Positions 13,262 to 25,860 of a stretch of DNA of 64,000 nucleotides are shown piece after piece. Source of the DNA: Vicugna vicugna (Eukaryota); assembly GCA_013265495.1 (NCBI GenBank), contig MU058463.1, positions 2,565,523 through 2,629,522 on the forward strand, given 5' to 3'. Position 1 is the first letter of the stretch. Every line of letters starts with the position of its first letter. The notes beneath the pieces are model-generated. The model searched no databases. It was not told the DNA's origin and was given only the letters and a program-made list of their open reading frames with translations. The position numbers were made by a program, and so were the translations under genes.

Positions 13262-13705
13262 CAAGACGCCTAATGCTCTGCTCAGCTTGACTAAACTTTG
13301 GACTGCTTCTTCCTGACACTAGGTCCCTGACCTCCCTTTTCTTATAGCATTTACGTTAGAAAACTTGAAAATTCTTTCTCTGCCCCTTTGAGATGTAAAT
13401 CTTCTACAATCCAGAAAAGTCTTTCTCAGGGATCTGGGATCTTTCCCTTTGGAATGAATTATTGAGGGAGACAGCACCCCTATCTCCCAGTCCCTGGGAG
13501 ACGGCCCAAACACACTGACCAACCTTCCCTCTAAAAGTTCTCCAGTCCAGTACTTGTCCATTAGCCCACTTAGGGGTTAAAAAAGTCCTCCCATCTTTCA
13601 TTTCAGTGGAGTTGCGTTTAATCTCTCTCTCCTATTGCAATAGTCTTGCATAAAGTCATCCTTGCCATTTATAACAAGTGTCTGGTACATTTTTTTTCTA
13701 TTATA
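13262..13705 (+). mobile_element. ERV1-class solo LTR (MER31/MER67/MER90-like group)
   Basis: cttgactaaacttt...ctaggtccctgacctcccttttc...cccctttgagatgtaaatcttc and the U5 motif ttcagtggagttg...tctctctcctattgcaatagtcttgcataaagtc. Confidence 0.75.
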
Positions 13706-14150
13706 GCTTCATGAACTAAAAAGGGGAAGTGAAGACTCACCCTGTGTATTTACTGGCTATCATTTAAGTGTGAATGATACCACCACAGTCAATCAGACAG
13801 CTTTTATAATGCCCAGAGACTTTTAGTTCTGAAGTTCATGATCAATTATGAATAGAATGTCAATTGCTTGGTTTTAATCCAAGCCCCAGCACTGGGAGGG
13901 CAGCTGGTACAGAATTAATGCTGCTCAACTTTTCCAGTGAGGGCTCGATTAACATGTTGATTTTTAAAAGAGCATGCTGCTCTAAAAGAGCTAAGAAATT
14001 GAAACTCAGAATGTCTGAGCTGGAACTGAAGGTAGAAAATTTTGGGTGTCTTTACACAGTTGGACTCAGAGGATTAGTTAGATAACAAATTTTACTAATT
14101 TGTTTTAATCATATTATTCAGATCTAACTTCTTGCTGAAACAACTTCAGA

Positions 14151-14499
14151 TTTTTTATTGAGTTACAATTGACATAAAACCTTATATTAGTTTTAGGAGT
14201 AAATCAAAACGATTTGACATATGTATATATTGAGAAATGATCACCACAATAAATTTAGTTAACATCCACCACCTCACATAGTTACAATTGTTTTTCTTGT
14301 GATGAGAACTTTTCATATCTACCATTCAGCAGCTTTCGAATATACAGTACAGTGATGTTAATGATAGTCACTGTGCTGTGCATTACATCCCCAGGACTTA
14401 TTTATCTTATAACTAGAAGTTTGTACATTTTGACCACCTTCAACCATTTTGCCCCCTGGCTACTACCCTCACCTCAGGCAACCAGCAATCTATTCTCTG
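14151..14499 (-). mobile_element. L1 (L1MA9-like) 3' end
   Basis: ttttttattgag...tgatcaccacaataaatttagttaacatcc...cattacatccccaggacttatttatcttataactagaagtttgtac...ggcaaccagcaatctattctctg. Confidence 0.85.
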
Positions 14500-14519
14500 A
14501 CGTAACATAATTTTGGAAG

Positions 14520-14995
14520 GTCACTTCCTTCCTTTCGTAGAACCCTTTACTGGTTGCCTTGGACTTAAAGATATCATTCAGCCTTCTTGAAATGGCTTCA
14601 TGGTCTTGTCTTTATCTCTTCATCCTCATATCTTACCACTCCTCTTCTCATACCTCATTATTCACCCATTTTGACTTGTCTCAAATGCTTGGACAGGCCA
14701 TGTGCTCCGCCCCATGCCTGCACTTGCTATTAGTTCTGTGTTGTAGACTCTTCCACTGTTCTTCACCTGACTCACCTTGCTCATCTTCTTGGAAGCCTCC
14801 CCTCAACTCATAGGATGGTGTTAGGGCCCCCTTCTTGGTGCCCTTAAACCATTCCTGACATGAGGCTTTAACACGTATTGTAGTCACCTCTTTATTTGTC
14901 TGTATGCTCTCCTAGTGCAAGGATTCTGCCTTGAACATCTGTGTGTCTGCAGGAGTGTTGCCTGACCCACAAGTACTAGATAGTATTTTCAGAAA
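14520..14995 (+). mobile_element. L2 LINE fragment
   Basis: Typical L2 pyrimidine-rich 3' region ending ...gcctgacccacaagtactagatagtattt. Confidence 0.6.
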
Positions 14996-16239
14996 TAACT
15001 TATATGTATGCTGTCAAGAATTCAAGCTGAGTCTAAGAGAAAGGTGGGTCTGCTTCTAGTGTTAGCACATGGTATGCCAAATTAATATCAAATGCTTGGG
15101 GCAGCAACATAATAATCCACCGGATTTCTTGACTTCAGCTAGGTTTTAGCAAGCTTTCTCTTACTCCCCAAATCAAAAAAGTATTAGCTATGGGTTTTTC
15201 TAAATCCAGTCATGGGGAAAGGGAGAAGATAGGTGGACTCTTTGTTGGATCATAGGGACCCTGAGAACACCTAGTAAATGTGCTTAGAGAACATACTTTG
15301 GGACCAGGCAGATTAATCAGTATGGTATGTACTTGATTAAGAGATTCATTCATTTCACCAAAATAGTGAGCTCTATTTTCAGGCCTTGATGCTTTACTTG
15401 GCTGGCCTCTGAGCCAGTGTTGACCATCATGCCCAATGTGGACCATGCCTACTGGCTTGGATTCTATTGGTACAATGGAGTTCAGCTGCCTGCAGTACTC
15501 TTTCCTTTGCTCCTTTGGTTCCTTTTTTGTCATCCTCAGCATCCCCACTTCTGTAACACTTACCCCTGTCTTCCATTCTTCTTTTCCCATAGACTCTGGT
15601 GCTTTTCAGTCATCACATTGAGAAACAGCTACTCTGTACACCACAAGTTGGCCATCTCTCCTGAGAAAGAACTCACCAGTTTCAGGTGCCATGGTCAATT
15701 TTCTCCCGTTACATTCAGGTCATCTTGGTTGTAGTGCTGCAGGTTTATTTGAAATGCTTCATGGAAAGGTGAGAAAGGGAATTCTTTGTGACAGTTAGGA
15801 AGTGGCACCTGCAGTGTTTCAACATCTTATGGAACTTTCTCAGTTCAGGTCGAGCAATGGTTGTTAAGTGTCTTCAACTTGGTGACTGGATGTTTAAAAG
15901 AAAGATGAATGAGTCAGCACTTATAAAATAAGATTTCACCCATGAATACTGATTTTTAAAAAATATGATTGATGCTTTTAGTTCAAAGTGTTATTTTGGA
16001 TCAAACTCTACCTGCACTGATGAAAACGTACTTGAGGAATGCATAACTGTACATGTCTCTGTTAGATGTAGACAGTAATTCCAGGAGTAGAGCTACTGAG
16101 AACTAGGGCATTTGATGGGCTGTCAGCCTCCTCAGTCAATGCCTGATGCTCAAGTGGAGAAAAGATAGAGTCCTTGATATTTGCCTACTTCTTCAGCCTT
16201 ATGGGTCAGTGTTCCTCTCCTTGAACCCACCTTCTTATC

Positions 16240-16490
16240 TGTTAAGTCTCAGCTCAATGCCCTCTTCCTTGGGGTCCCTTGTATATTCCCACAGGACCCT
16301 GTGATTACTCCATGCTGGCACTGAGAACACCATATTTTAATTGTATATGTACTTCCTTGTCTTTATACAAGACTGTGAACTCTCTTGAGATCAGGGATGA
16401 TATCTTACTTATCTTTAAATCCTCAGAGACTAGCACAATCCCTGTTTCAAGGTTAGCACTGAGTGAATCCATTTTTAAAGAATAATAAAT
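16240..16490 (+). mobile_element. L2 LINE 3' fragment
   Basis: aagtctcagctcaatgcc...agactgtgaactctcttgagatcaggga...tagcacaatccctg. Confidence 0.7.
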
Positions 16491-16949
16491 AGAAAAATAT
16501 TATTATTTTTAGTTCAACAGTAGATTGGCATATATTAAGACTTTATTAATATTTTGCACATCTAATGATCAAGTATTTATAAATTAAAATACATTTTTGT
16601 CATAATTTTTCAAAGCATGAAAGCTTTTGTAAAATAGAGAAAAGGAAAAAAAATCACCTATATTCCCAGTTTCTTCCTCTTTGAACGTTATTTTAAATTC
16701 TGTATCAAAAGTATTTCAGGATAGTTTTTCAAATTTGCTTTCTAAAAACCCCATTGGGACTGGAAATGTAGAATAGATTTGGGAAGAACTGTCATATTTA
16801 CCATTCTTAGTCTTCCCATTAGACACATGGTTGTTCACACTAATTATGCCAAGTCTTTAGTTTCCTTCTAGGATGTTTGGGAGTTTTCTTCACTGAGATT
16901 ATCATATTATTTTTCATAGTTTTGAGTTCTGATTAAAAATACCATAGTG

Positions 16950-17560
16950 ATGGTGAGAACGTGGAATATGGAGACAAGAAAACCTTTGTGCACTATTGGT
17001 GGGAATGTAAAATGATGCAGCCACTATGGAAAACAGTTTCGTGGTTCTTCCTGTGTATTTATTTTAAAAGAATTGTTATTTGGATCTTGAAGAGACATCT
17101 GCCGTCCTATGTTTATTGAAGCATTAGTCATAATATCCAAGATGTGGAAACAACCTAAATGTCCACTGATGGATGAATGAATAAAGAAAATGTGGTAAAT
17201 ACATATAATGAAATATTATTCAGCCTTAAAAAAGAAGGAATTCCTGCCATATGCAACAACATGGATGAACCTTAAGAACATTGTGCTAAGTGAAATAAGC
17301 TAGTCACAGAAGGACAAATACAGTGTGATTCCACTTATATGAGGTATATAAAATGGTCAGAATCATAGAGGCAGAGAGTGAAATAGTGGTTGCCAGGGGC
17401 TGGGGGAGGGGGAAATAGGGAGCTGCTATTTGAAGGGTATACAGCTTAAGTTACACAAAATGAATGCATTCTAGAGATCTGTTGTACAACATTGTGCCTA
17501 TAGTTAACAATACTATATTGTACACTTTGAAATTTGTTAAGAGGACAGATATTATTGTAA
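16950..17560 (+). mobile_element. L1 (L1MA8-10-like) ORF2 end and 3'UTR
   Basis: tgcactattggtgggaatgtaaa...ggaaacaacctaaatgtccactgatggatgaatg...gctaagtgaaataagc...ctagagatctgttgtacaacattgtgcctatagttaacaatac. Confidence 0.92.
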
Positions 17561-18361
17561 GACAAAACAAATCATAAAGTCAAGTTCAGGAAGGTTACTA
17601 GAATGTATTCAGTACTCATCTCATCCTGAGACAAATCTACATAGCCTCCTAACATACAAGTGAGTCTATGATGTAGCAGAATTTCTTTCCAAGTTCAGTG
17701 TCCTTATCTGTAAAATAAGCATACAAATGCAAGCAAATAAACAAGAAGTATATTAAGGCAATACTTAGGAAAAAAAAAAAAGAAAATCACTGTCTTAAAT
17801 GTTCCACGCTGTTTCTACCAATCCAACTATTGAGGTACAAAGTCTTATGCCACTCCCCCTTCTCCTCAGGCTCTAATCTCCTTGTAGAAGTGCTGGGACT
17901 CCAGACAAGAGTGGAAAAGCTGTGAAAATTCACACCTTGTTGGACGCCTGTTCTTTCAACATCACTCTGTTTAATATAGGTTGGGAACCAATATCTGTGC
18001 ATGCGACTCTTTTACCCTGCTTCTGGATTGTTGTCCTAAAGAGCAAGGGAGGGGTCTGCAAATGGGAGTGTCTCGTGGTAAAAGGAATAACTGATCCCTG
18101 TCTCTTATTTACATGGCTGCAAAACAATAATGGATGAGGAAGGAGCAGAAAATTGTTGTCTTCACTTTGATAGTTTAGTTTTTCTCCTAAAACTTTGTAC
18201 TGTGTATAGATCTAATTTTTTTTTAATGAAGGATTCACTTCACTAAGCAGATTCAATTTCTCAGGAAAGCACAGGCATTGTTGTCAAATCTCTTTCTTTA
18301 AAGGTCTTTAGAGGTTATGATATAAATTTGGCATGCTTTTTTGATGAAACTGCTTAATGCA

Positions 18362-18462
18362 GCCCAAATTTCCAATCTCAGAACCATGAGCAAATAAATA
18401 GTTGTAGTTTTAAGTCATTTGAATTTGTTATAGTTTGTTATGCAGCAATAGCTGACTGATAC
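18362..18462 (+). mobile_element. MLT1 (ERVL-MaLR) LTR 3' end
   Basis: cagaaccatgagcaaataaatagttgtagttttaagtc...tttgttatgcagcaatagctgactgata matches the MLT1 terminus. Confidence 0.75.
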
Positions 18463-21400
18463 GCTCTCTGAATTTTTAATCACATTCCATAGTCTATGAA
18501 AGAAGAATAAGAACAATACTGGGAAACTAGTAGTCATTTCATTAAATTAAATATTGAATAAATAATTGAGTAAGTGAACAAATGAATGAATGAATGCAAG
18601 AAACAGTAGCATAATATTCTTAGTCAAATTTCAGGTTCAAAAAAGTCCATCTTGGTACCTGGAATGTTGATTTTCTTCTCCACTACTGTATCACTTTGCA
18701 CATACCTCTCTAAAAGCAGCAATTGCACTGAGTTGCAGTTATTTATGTGTGTTTTGTTAGATTATGTGCAATTTGAGAGCTGGGACTATTTACTCATTAT
18801 CTCTGTATCCTTAATGCTTATATGCTCAGTTTATATGCTTAACCCAAAATGTTGATTCTTTGGAATTTTAAGATTATGTATGAAGTTTTGACTTCTGGAA
18901 AATAGATGACAGCCCTATCTGTGTCAGTGATTTTAAACCATGTCTGAAAATTAAAATAATTTGAAAGGCTTAAAAAAATCAGTGTCCAGCTCCACTTTAG
19001 GCCAATTGAGAATCACTAGGAGGTAGGATGAAGCAATGCTGATGTGCAGCCAGTGTGAGAACCTCTGAGTTCAAATGTCTTTAGAGCTTATTGGCATTAG
19101 AGCTGGGAAGTGACCCTCTCTAGTAGTAAGGAGTACCTATTAAGAAATAAGTTGAAATCACTAAGTATTCTAATTTTCAAAGTTAAAATGAGTGATAATT
19201 TCAGTGCTAAATATTATGCCATGATATGAATGCATGAATCTGTATAAAGATACAGGGCAATTCATAACAAAATCTTGTTTTTTTATTTGGCCTGGAATTA
19301 TCTATCTTTTGATTTTTCCTTTAACTTTTTAAATCAAAGCTATAATGTATTTCTTACAATTTTTAATTTTTTTGACAAATATTAATTTCAGGTTTCCATT
19401 TTATTCTCAGTCCAGCATTTCAAGATATTTTAGTGTTTACCCCTTGACGTTGATTTTGAGCATTTTAAATTGGCTCATTTTAAAAAGTTTTTGTTCAACA
19501 ATAGCTCATTTAGGACAAATCACTCAAGATTGCCTCTCACATGAATATTTATACTTTAAGATCTCTATTTGACAACGTTAAGTTCCGTATTCTGATTTCT
19601 TAAACAACCAAAACATATTTATAGATTGATTTTTTAATACCCTTTTTTTTTCTCCATTTGAGTGCACCATGATTAAAAGTTCACAGCCTTGGTTACATTA
19701 CATAATCTGAGAAATAATCAACAATGCCCCTGGTGATTAAATATTCAAGTTTGCAATTATTTTGTAACTTTTGTTCTGCTCTTCGCTCACTCTAAAAATT
19801 ATCATAAAATTTTGAAAGATGTCCTCAGTGTAGAATATGTCCATAAAATATTAAATATTCAATTTTCCTCTATCATGGCTTGAAAAATTCATAATTACAT
19901 GATGATCCACATAATAACTCATTCTGAAAAGTCATATATGGCACTCCCTCTGTGACTGAGTTAATAATTTACTGCTGTGTGGGATTTTCACTCTGCACTG
20001 TTAGTCTTGGGAACATTTATTAAGCAAATGTTCATTTGCAAAGATCAGGATGTGAATGAAGAGGATAAGAATTTAATGAGGAGTGACAGACAGGTGAACT
20101 GATTCCATATAGAACTTTAGTGCAAGGGAAAGCAGAGAGCTTTATCTTTCATTGCCTCGATAGACACCTGAAATGAAATATAGAAGACAGAGGGCAGGAG
20201 AAAAAAAATGATGCTCTCCTACAGGGGCCAAGGGAGGATAAATCAAGGGAAGCGAAGAATACGATTCAGGCCATTGGAAAAGATGCCATTGAATGTGACG
20301 CTTTGAGCTTATGTAGCAGGAGGGTTGCTGGCTTTTTATTTTAAAGGCACCAAATGCTGCCAAAGAGAATATTTCACATATCTTTTTTCTTTTGGTATTC
20401 CAAATTTTCATTGACAGTAGCTTGAGTGACCAAAGCATGCAACTGAATGATAAGTAGTCAGGGAAAGAAGTTTCCCTAGGACTGGTTGTTTTAGAGCTTG
20501 GGGTTGCTTATAGAGACTTTTGGGAAAATCATGTTACTTAAATAAAGATCTAAAATTATTATATAACAACTGGGAATAAACTTTAGAAATGAATAATCCA
20601 TATTTTCTTAATTGGCTCAATCCTGTAGAGATATAAGCGATGTGAATGAAACTAGCAGATTGTGTCTGATTTATAAATAATTACATCCTGTGGTAACTGT
20701 GATGTTACCTTTCCATGTTTGTGTTGGGCAGATCTTGGAGTATTCACAACAGCAGTAGGTCACCAGAGAGGTCATCAGATGGCACCAAGAAGGAAAACTG
20801 CCCGATTACCTTATTATTACATTACTTTCTGACTGTTACATGTTGAGGCTTGATGAAAAGGATGTAGAACCCACACATAGGTAACTTCTCTACCATCTTA
20901 ACTTCTTTTTGGAATATGGTGAGGGTTAAGTAAATACATAAGTGAAAAAAACTAAAATAAATTTACACTAAAAAATAAGAGGCCACACTACATACATATT
21001 GTTTGAAATTTATTGACGACTTATCTGTAATCATTGGTTCTAATATCACCACACTTCAGTTTTTTTTTACCTGCAATAAGTTATGAAAACCAGAGTGAGT
21101 CAATGAGGATGATATAAAAAAAAGGATCAAATTTTGTTGATTGGAGATAAATTTAATTTGCTTATTTCCCTTTAAAAGCTCAAGGTTACGTTTGATATCT
21201 TTGACAGTGTTGAATTTTGAGCCCTGAGCCCTGTGCTCCAGAAAAAGAATGGAGGTGAAGATGTACACAGATGTAAGCGGACCCTGGTTCAAGTCCTGGC
21301 TTTGCCGTTGGTCGGCTGTGTGACCATAGACATGTTACAACAACTGTGAGCTGTATCCTCAAATGGGAAAATGTGTGTCGTAGACTAGAGACTTCTCAGA

Positions 21401-24023
21401 ATTCTGACAACTCTAAAATTCTGCGATTAGAGAATGATGCTTGTGTTTCCTTATAGATTGATAGAGACAATTCTAGAATCTTTTTTCCTTTTTGTCATCT
21501 TATTCTTTTAGAATTCTTTTAGAGACATACACTGATAGGATTTCAGGTTTAATGTTTTGTTTTATTTCTTTTTATACATATGAAGAGGCTATAGATTCTT
21601 GAATTTCAGCATTTATCCTGAGGGTAAGCCAGAAATATTTGTGGTAAAATGTATCTTGGTACTTTAATTTTATTACCTGGAGATGTTTGCCATTTTGACC
21701 AATACTAAGTACCAGAGATTTCCCTCCTGTGCAGTTGCCCAGGGTTTAAGATTTGTCAAAGGGCCTGGGTGAAATGCCAGGATGTTACAATTTCAGATAC
21801 TCAGCTACTTTGAAGAGACGTGTCTTCAAGGTTTTCCTCATCTCGGAGCTGCAAATAGAAGCTGGCCTTAATTCACAATCAGTAAGGAATCGCTGGAATA
21901 TTTTTTTAAGGTGTAAAGAAAGGCTTGGCTTCTGCTTTTAACTTAAACTCAGCTTTTTAAACCAGGTTCTTCCCATTTTATAAATAGAGGGTAATAATTT
22001 TTTGCAGTAGCATATTTTACAGATATTGTGAATAGGACAAGGAGTCTGTGTTCTGTTTCACATGCTCTAAAAGGATGAAATATACATCCTATGTATATTT
22101 ATGTAAGAGGAAAGTATTTAACAACGTTTATTTAAGAGTCAAAATGTGTCTTGTCTTTTGTCTCTACTCTCCTGGGTTTATCCTCATTCTTGTTTTCAGC
22201 CTCCACTTTCAAATAATATAAAACCTAAATTCTAGCTTGTCCTTGCTGAAACTCACACTGCATTAATGGTTAACTTACTCTTGTTTGCTACAACAACGTC
22301 ACCAACCCAAGAAAGGCTCAATTTTTGAGACTGATAGAGACTGGAAAAGGATTTCTAACCAAGTTCTCTGAATCCTAATAAGTCAATTTCCTCATCAAAA
22401 ATATTAGTTACCAAGGTCTAAATGAGATCACTTTCAAATGCCAAGCAGAAATACAATACTTGGTGATCTGTTTCTAAGTAATTCCTCTAACTATAAATTG
22501 CAAGATGAAGGAAGGCAGGATTTTTGAACAAAGCACTGAAAACACCACAAATTGATTGCATCTCTACTTAAAAAGAATGGTTAAAACAAAAACAACAGAA
22601 ACAGTGGGATCCGGAGAAACATTCTTCTCAGCTATCAAATACAGTGAGTTGATCATTAATGTGTTCTTGCATGGTATTACCAAAAGCATAAACGCATATA
22701 AAAAATATACACCCCCACATACATGCCATTAAAAGTTGCCAACAATACAAAGTACAAGATTTTGTAACTGCAATGAAAATATTTTGTAGGATATGTAAAC
22801 TGGAGGCTCCATCGAGTTCCTCAAAAATTATTTGGTTAAAGGGTAAATACACCTTGTACATCATAATGAAAGTCTTATAGGTAGGGGTGGAGATTAACAC
22901 TTCAGGCTGTCTACAGAATATTAATAAAATTCAATATATTTTCTAAAAGGTATAATTTATATTTTGTGGAAATGAGACCCTTTTCTAATAAAATTCTTCT
23001 GTCCTTCATTCTGTTCATATAATTTCGCTATAAATCATCCTGTAGGAATTTTTTCCCCCTAAATATTCATCTCAGGGAGAACCTATTTAAATAAGCCCTC
23101 TTAGCAAGATCTTTCAGAATTAAAATTACACCACAAGCGACACTTCATCCAGTATGTTTCCTTCTATAAAATTTTCTTATGCCTAAAATAATATTTTTGT
23201 TGGATTATATTATGTTAAAATTGTCGACTTGAGGTGACTTTGATAGTAAAGAAACACTGTGTTAAAAGAGCAGCAAATTATTTTAGCCTTAATTGCACCT
23301 TCTCCGAGTCTGTACCATTGCAGCTCCTTTCTGCTCCCCATCTACATATATAGTGAGAAAAACCTAAGGGCATTATTCTCAGCTTCACCACAAAGAAAGA
23401 ATAAGAAGGAAGAAAAATTGCTGCTGGATATACTAGGTTTCCTTGGTTTCTGGTAAACTGGAGCATTATGCGCCTTCATAGTCATCTGAAGCTAATTTTA
23501 CTCTGCTGTCTGGCAGTCATTAGACTCAATTCTTTTATTTTATTCCTGATAGGAATATAATAAGTAACTGGATTTCTTAGGATGTGAGGTATAATATGGA
23601 GAGAAGATAGATGTTCAGACATTCACACACACACACAAACACACGATACATTAACGTCAGGACCTCGGCAAGGTCTCATGAGGTGGGGGTGGGGTGTTCC
23701 TGAGGGAATTACAGGAAGTTTCTCTGGGTCAGACAAGCTGACCCTGCAGAGCTCACAGACGGTTTTGATGGGGATCTTCAGCAAATCTCTTGCTTTTGTA
23801 CATTATCAAGTGCTTAACCAATGAATGTTCACATGCTTTAATTCATCTGTTTCTTGTGTCTGCCCTCTGTGGTAGGTGCACCCAGCTTTCCCACCCCCAC
23901 TTTCCATTTGGAAGCGGAGGTTTAGTCACGTTAAGTGACTTCCCAGCGTTAGACAGCTCTCAGTGCTGTTTTCTTCCTTTCTTTCTCTCTTTCTCTTTCT
24001 TTCTTTCTCTATAGCTGATTTAC

Positions 24024-24130
24024 AAAAATATGGACCGCTTCGCAAAGTTGTGTGTCATCCTTGCACTGGGGCCACGCTAATCTTCTCTGTGTCTTTCCCA
24101 TTTTAACACCCGAGCTGCCAAAGTGAGCAC
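24024..24130 (-). pseudogene. Full-length U6 snRNA retrocopy (processed pseudogene)
   Basis: Minus strand GTGCTCACTTTGGCAGC...ACAGAGAAGATTAGCGTGGCCCC...GGATGACAC...GAAGCGGTCCATATTTTT aligns end to end with U6 (about 19 substitutions in 107 nt by hand); decayed A/G-rich tail and degenerate TSD; no PSE/TATA seen upstream. Confidence 0.95.
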
Positions 24131-24529
24131 TTGAGTACTGTTTCCTGACGCAGAGTCCAGGGCTCCACCACTGTGTTTCCGTCCACTCACCTGTTCAGCT
24201 TCCTGGGCCCTCTGGGGGCCCTCACATCACCTCGGCCCGCAGCACCAAGTGGGAGAGCAATCACGGGCTCAGATGAAATGTACACATTTGTTCATTGTGT
24301 GCAGCCTCCCCAGTCCTTGCAAGCACTGCAGGCTTGGTAAACCCTGTGTGTAGGATATGGGGCATCACGAGCTGTAGCATAAATATGTTTGCAAACAGAA
24401 GTCATTGCCCTTATCATCTGTGACTTCCAAAACCATTTCGTTCCCTAGAGAAGAGCATGGACTCAGAGTAGCTGCCGTCCTTCAGGACAGTTCCCAGGTA
24501 TTTATCATGGGCCAGCACTGACTATACAG

Positions 24530-24780
24530 CGTAATATTTATTGGATGCTTACGCTGAGTTGGACAAGGTTCTAAGTATCTGTACATGAATAAACTCACTT
24601 AATCCTCACATCAATGTCCTGCCATTATTAGCATTTAGTAATAGTAATTACAGCTGTTATTATCTTCCCCACTTCATAGGTAAGCAAATTAAAGCACAGA
24701 GAGTTTAATTACTTGCTCCAAGTCACATAACCAGGATACAATGGAACCAAAAATCTGAACCCAGCCAGAACTTGGGCTAT
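24530..24780 (-). mobile_element. MIR SINE
   Basis: atttattggatgctta...aactcacttaatcctcaca...aaagcacagagagtttaattacttgctccaagtcaca. Confidence 0.85.
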
Positions 24781-24799
24781 GCAGTGCTGCCTCTCTGGA

Positions 24800-25460
24800 C
24801 CTTAGGAGCTGTGCCAAGTGATGAAGAGACAGAAATCAACAAGGTTTCTTTCTCAGTAAATCCAGAGCCTGGATGGGAGACAGACGCATGTGAAGTGCTC
24901 TTCCATGTGCGAGATGCCACAGGACAGGCACAGGCAAGGGAGAGTTAACACACACCCCCTAGAGCACCATCCCCGGGGCTTGCAGCGAGGTGTACCTGAA
25001 TGCAGTGAGGTTTCCGCCGAGCCAAGAAAGACAAGTGAGGGTTTGTCAGTCTTCAGCACCAAGGAAGCTGATCCCAAGTACCAGGAATAGCTCCTAAGAA
25101 GCACAGAGGCAGGAAATGACACCGTGCACCAGAAACTCTCAGATTTTGAGGGCTGTGGCACAGAAAGTCAGGCAGTGATAAGCAGAAATGGAGCTGGATA
25201 AGCCAGGTCTTGCCGGGCTTTGTGGACCATGCACAGTAGGTTGAATTTCATCATGGAGACCACGAGGAGCCATGGAAAGGCTTCCAGTAAGAGAGTCGTA
25301 TGAGGTTTGTGTTTTAGGAAGAGACTCCAGAATCGGTGGAGAAGGATGGATTAGAGGTGGTGGTTGAGATGAGTGGCAGTCAGACCAGTTTTGCAACTTG
25401 TTATGAGAAAATGATGGAGACTTTCTGAACTGGGACAATGGTGGTAAGGATTTAAGTGAG
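24800..25460 (-). mobile_element. L2 LINE fragment
   Basis: Purine-rich L2 body (gggctttgtggaccatg...gagccatggaaaggcttc...tttgtgttttaggaagag). Confidence 0.6.
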
Positions 25461-25594
25461 AGAGAGAACTCTGGACCTTCATGCCTGTTAATCCTAGGGT
25501 TATTCTTACTAATATCATTAGTTTCCTTTAATATTTTGCCCAAGTTGGCTAGGTTATTCATCTGCCTTGGAGGAGATCACAGAAAGATAACATA

Positions 25595-25860
25595 TCCATT
25601 TGGATACATTCTGTTCCAAATAAGAAAAATTCAAGTGGAAATGGAATGGCTTAAAGAATGAAGAAAAGTTATTTCATATAGGAAGTTTTGAGTTAGGGCA
25701 CTTTTAGGTTTGGTTAATTCAGTAGCTCAGTGATAACACCAAGGAATCTTTTTTTTTTCATTTATCTGTTCCACCTTCCACAGTGTCACTTGTCTCCCCT
25801 ATGTCTAGGTATCCTCATGGTCTCAAAATGGCTGCCACCGTGCCAGGAATCAATATCAGC
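25595..25860 (-). mobile_element. MLT1 (MaLR, MLT1J/K-like) LTR fragment
   Basis: ggttaattcagtagctcagtgataacaccaagg...cctcatggtctcaaaatggctgcca. Confidence 0.6.
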
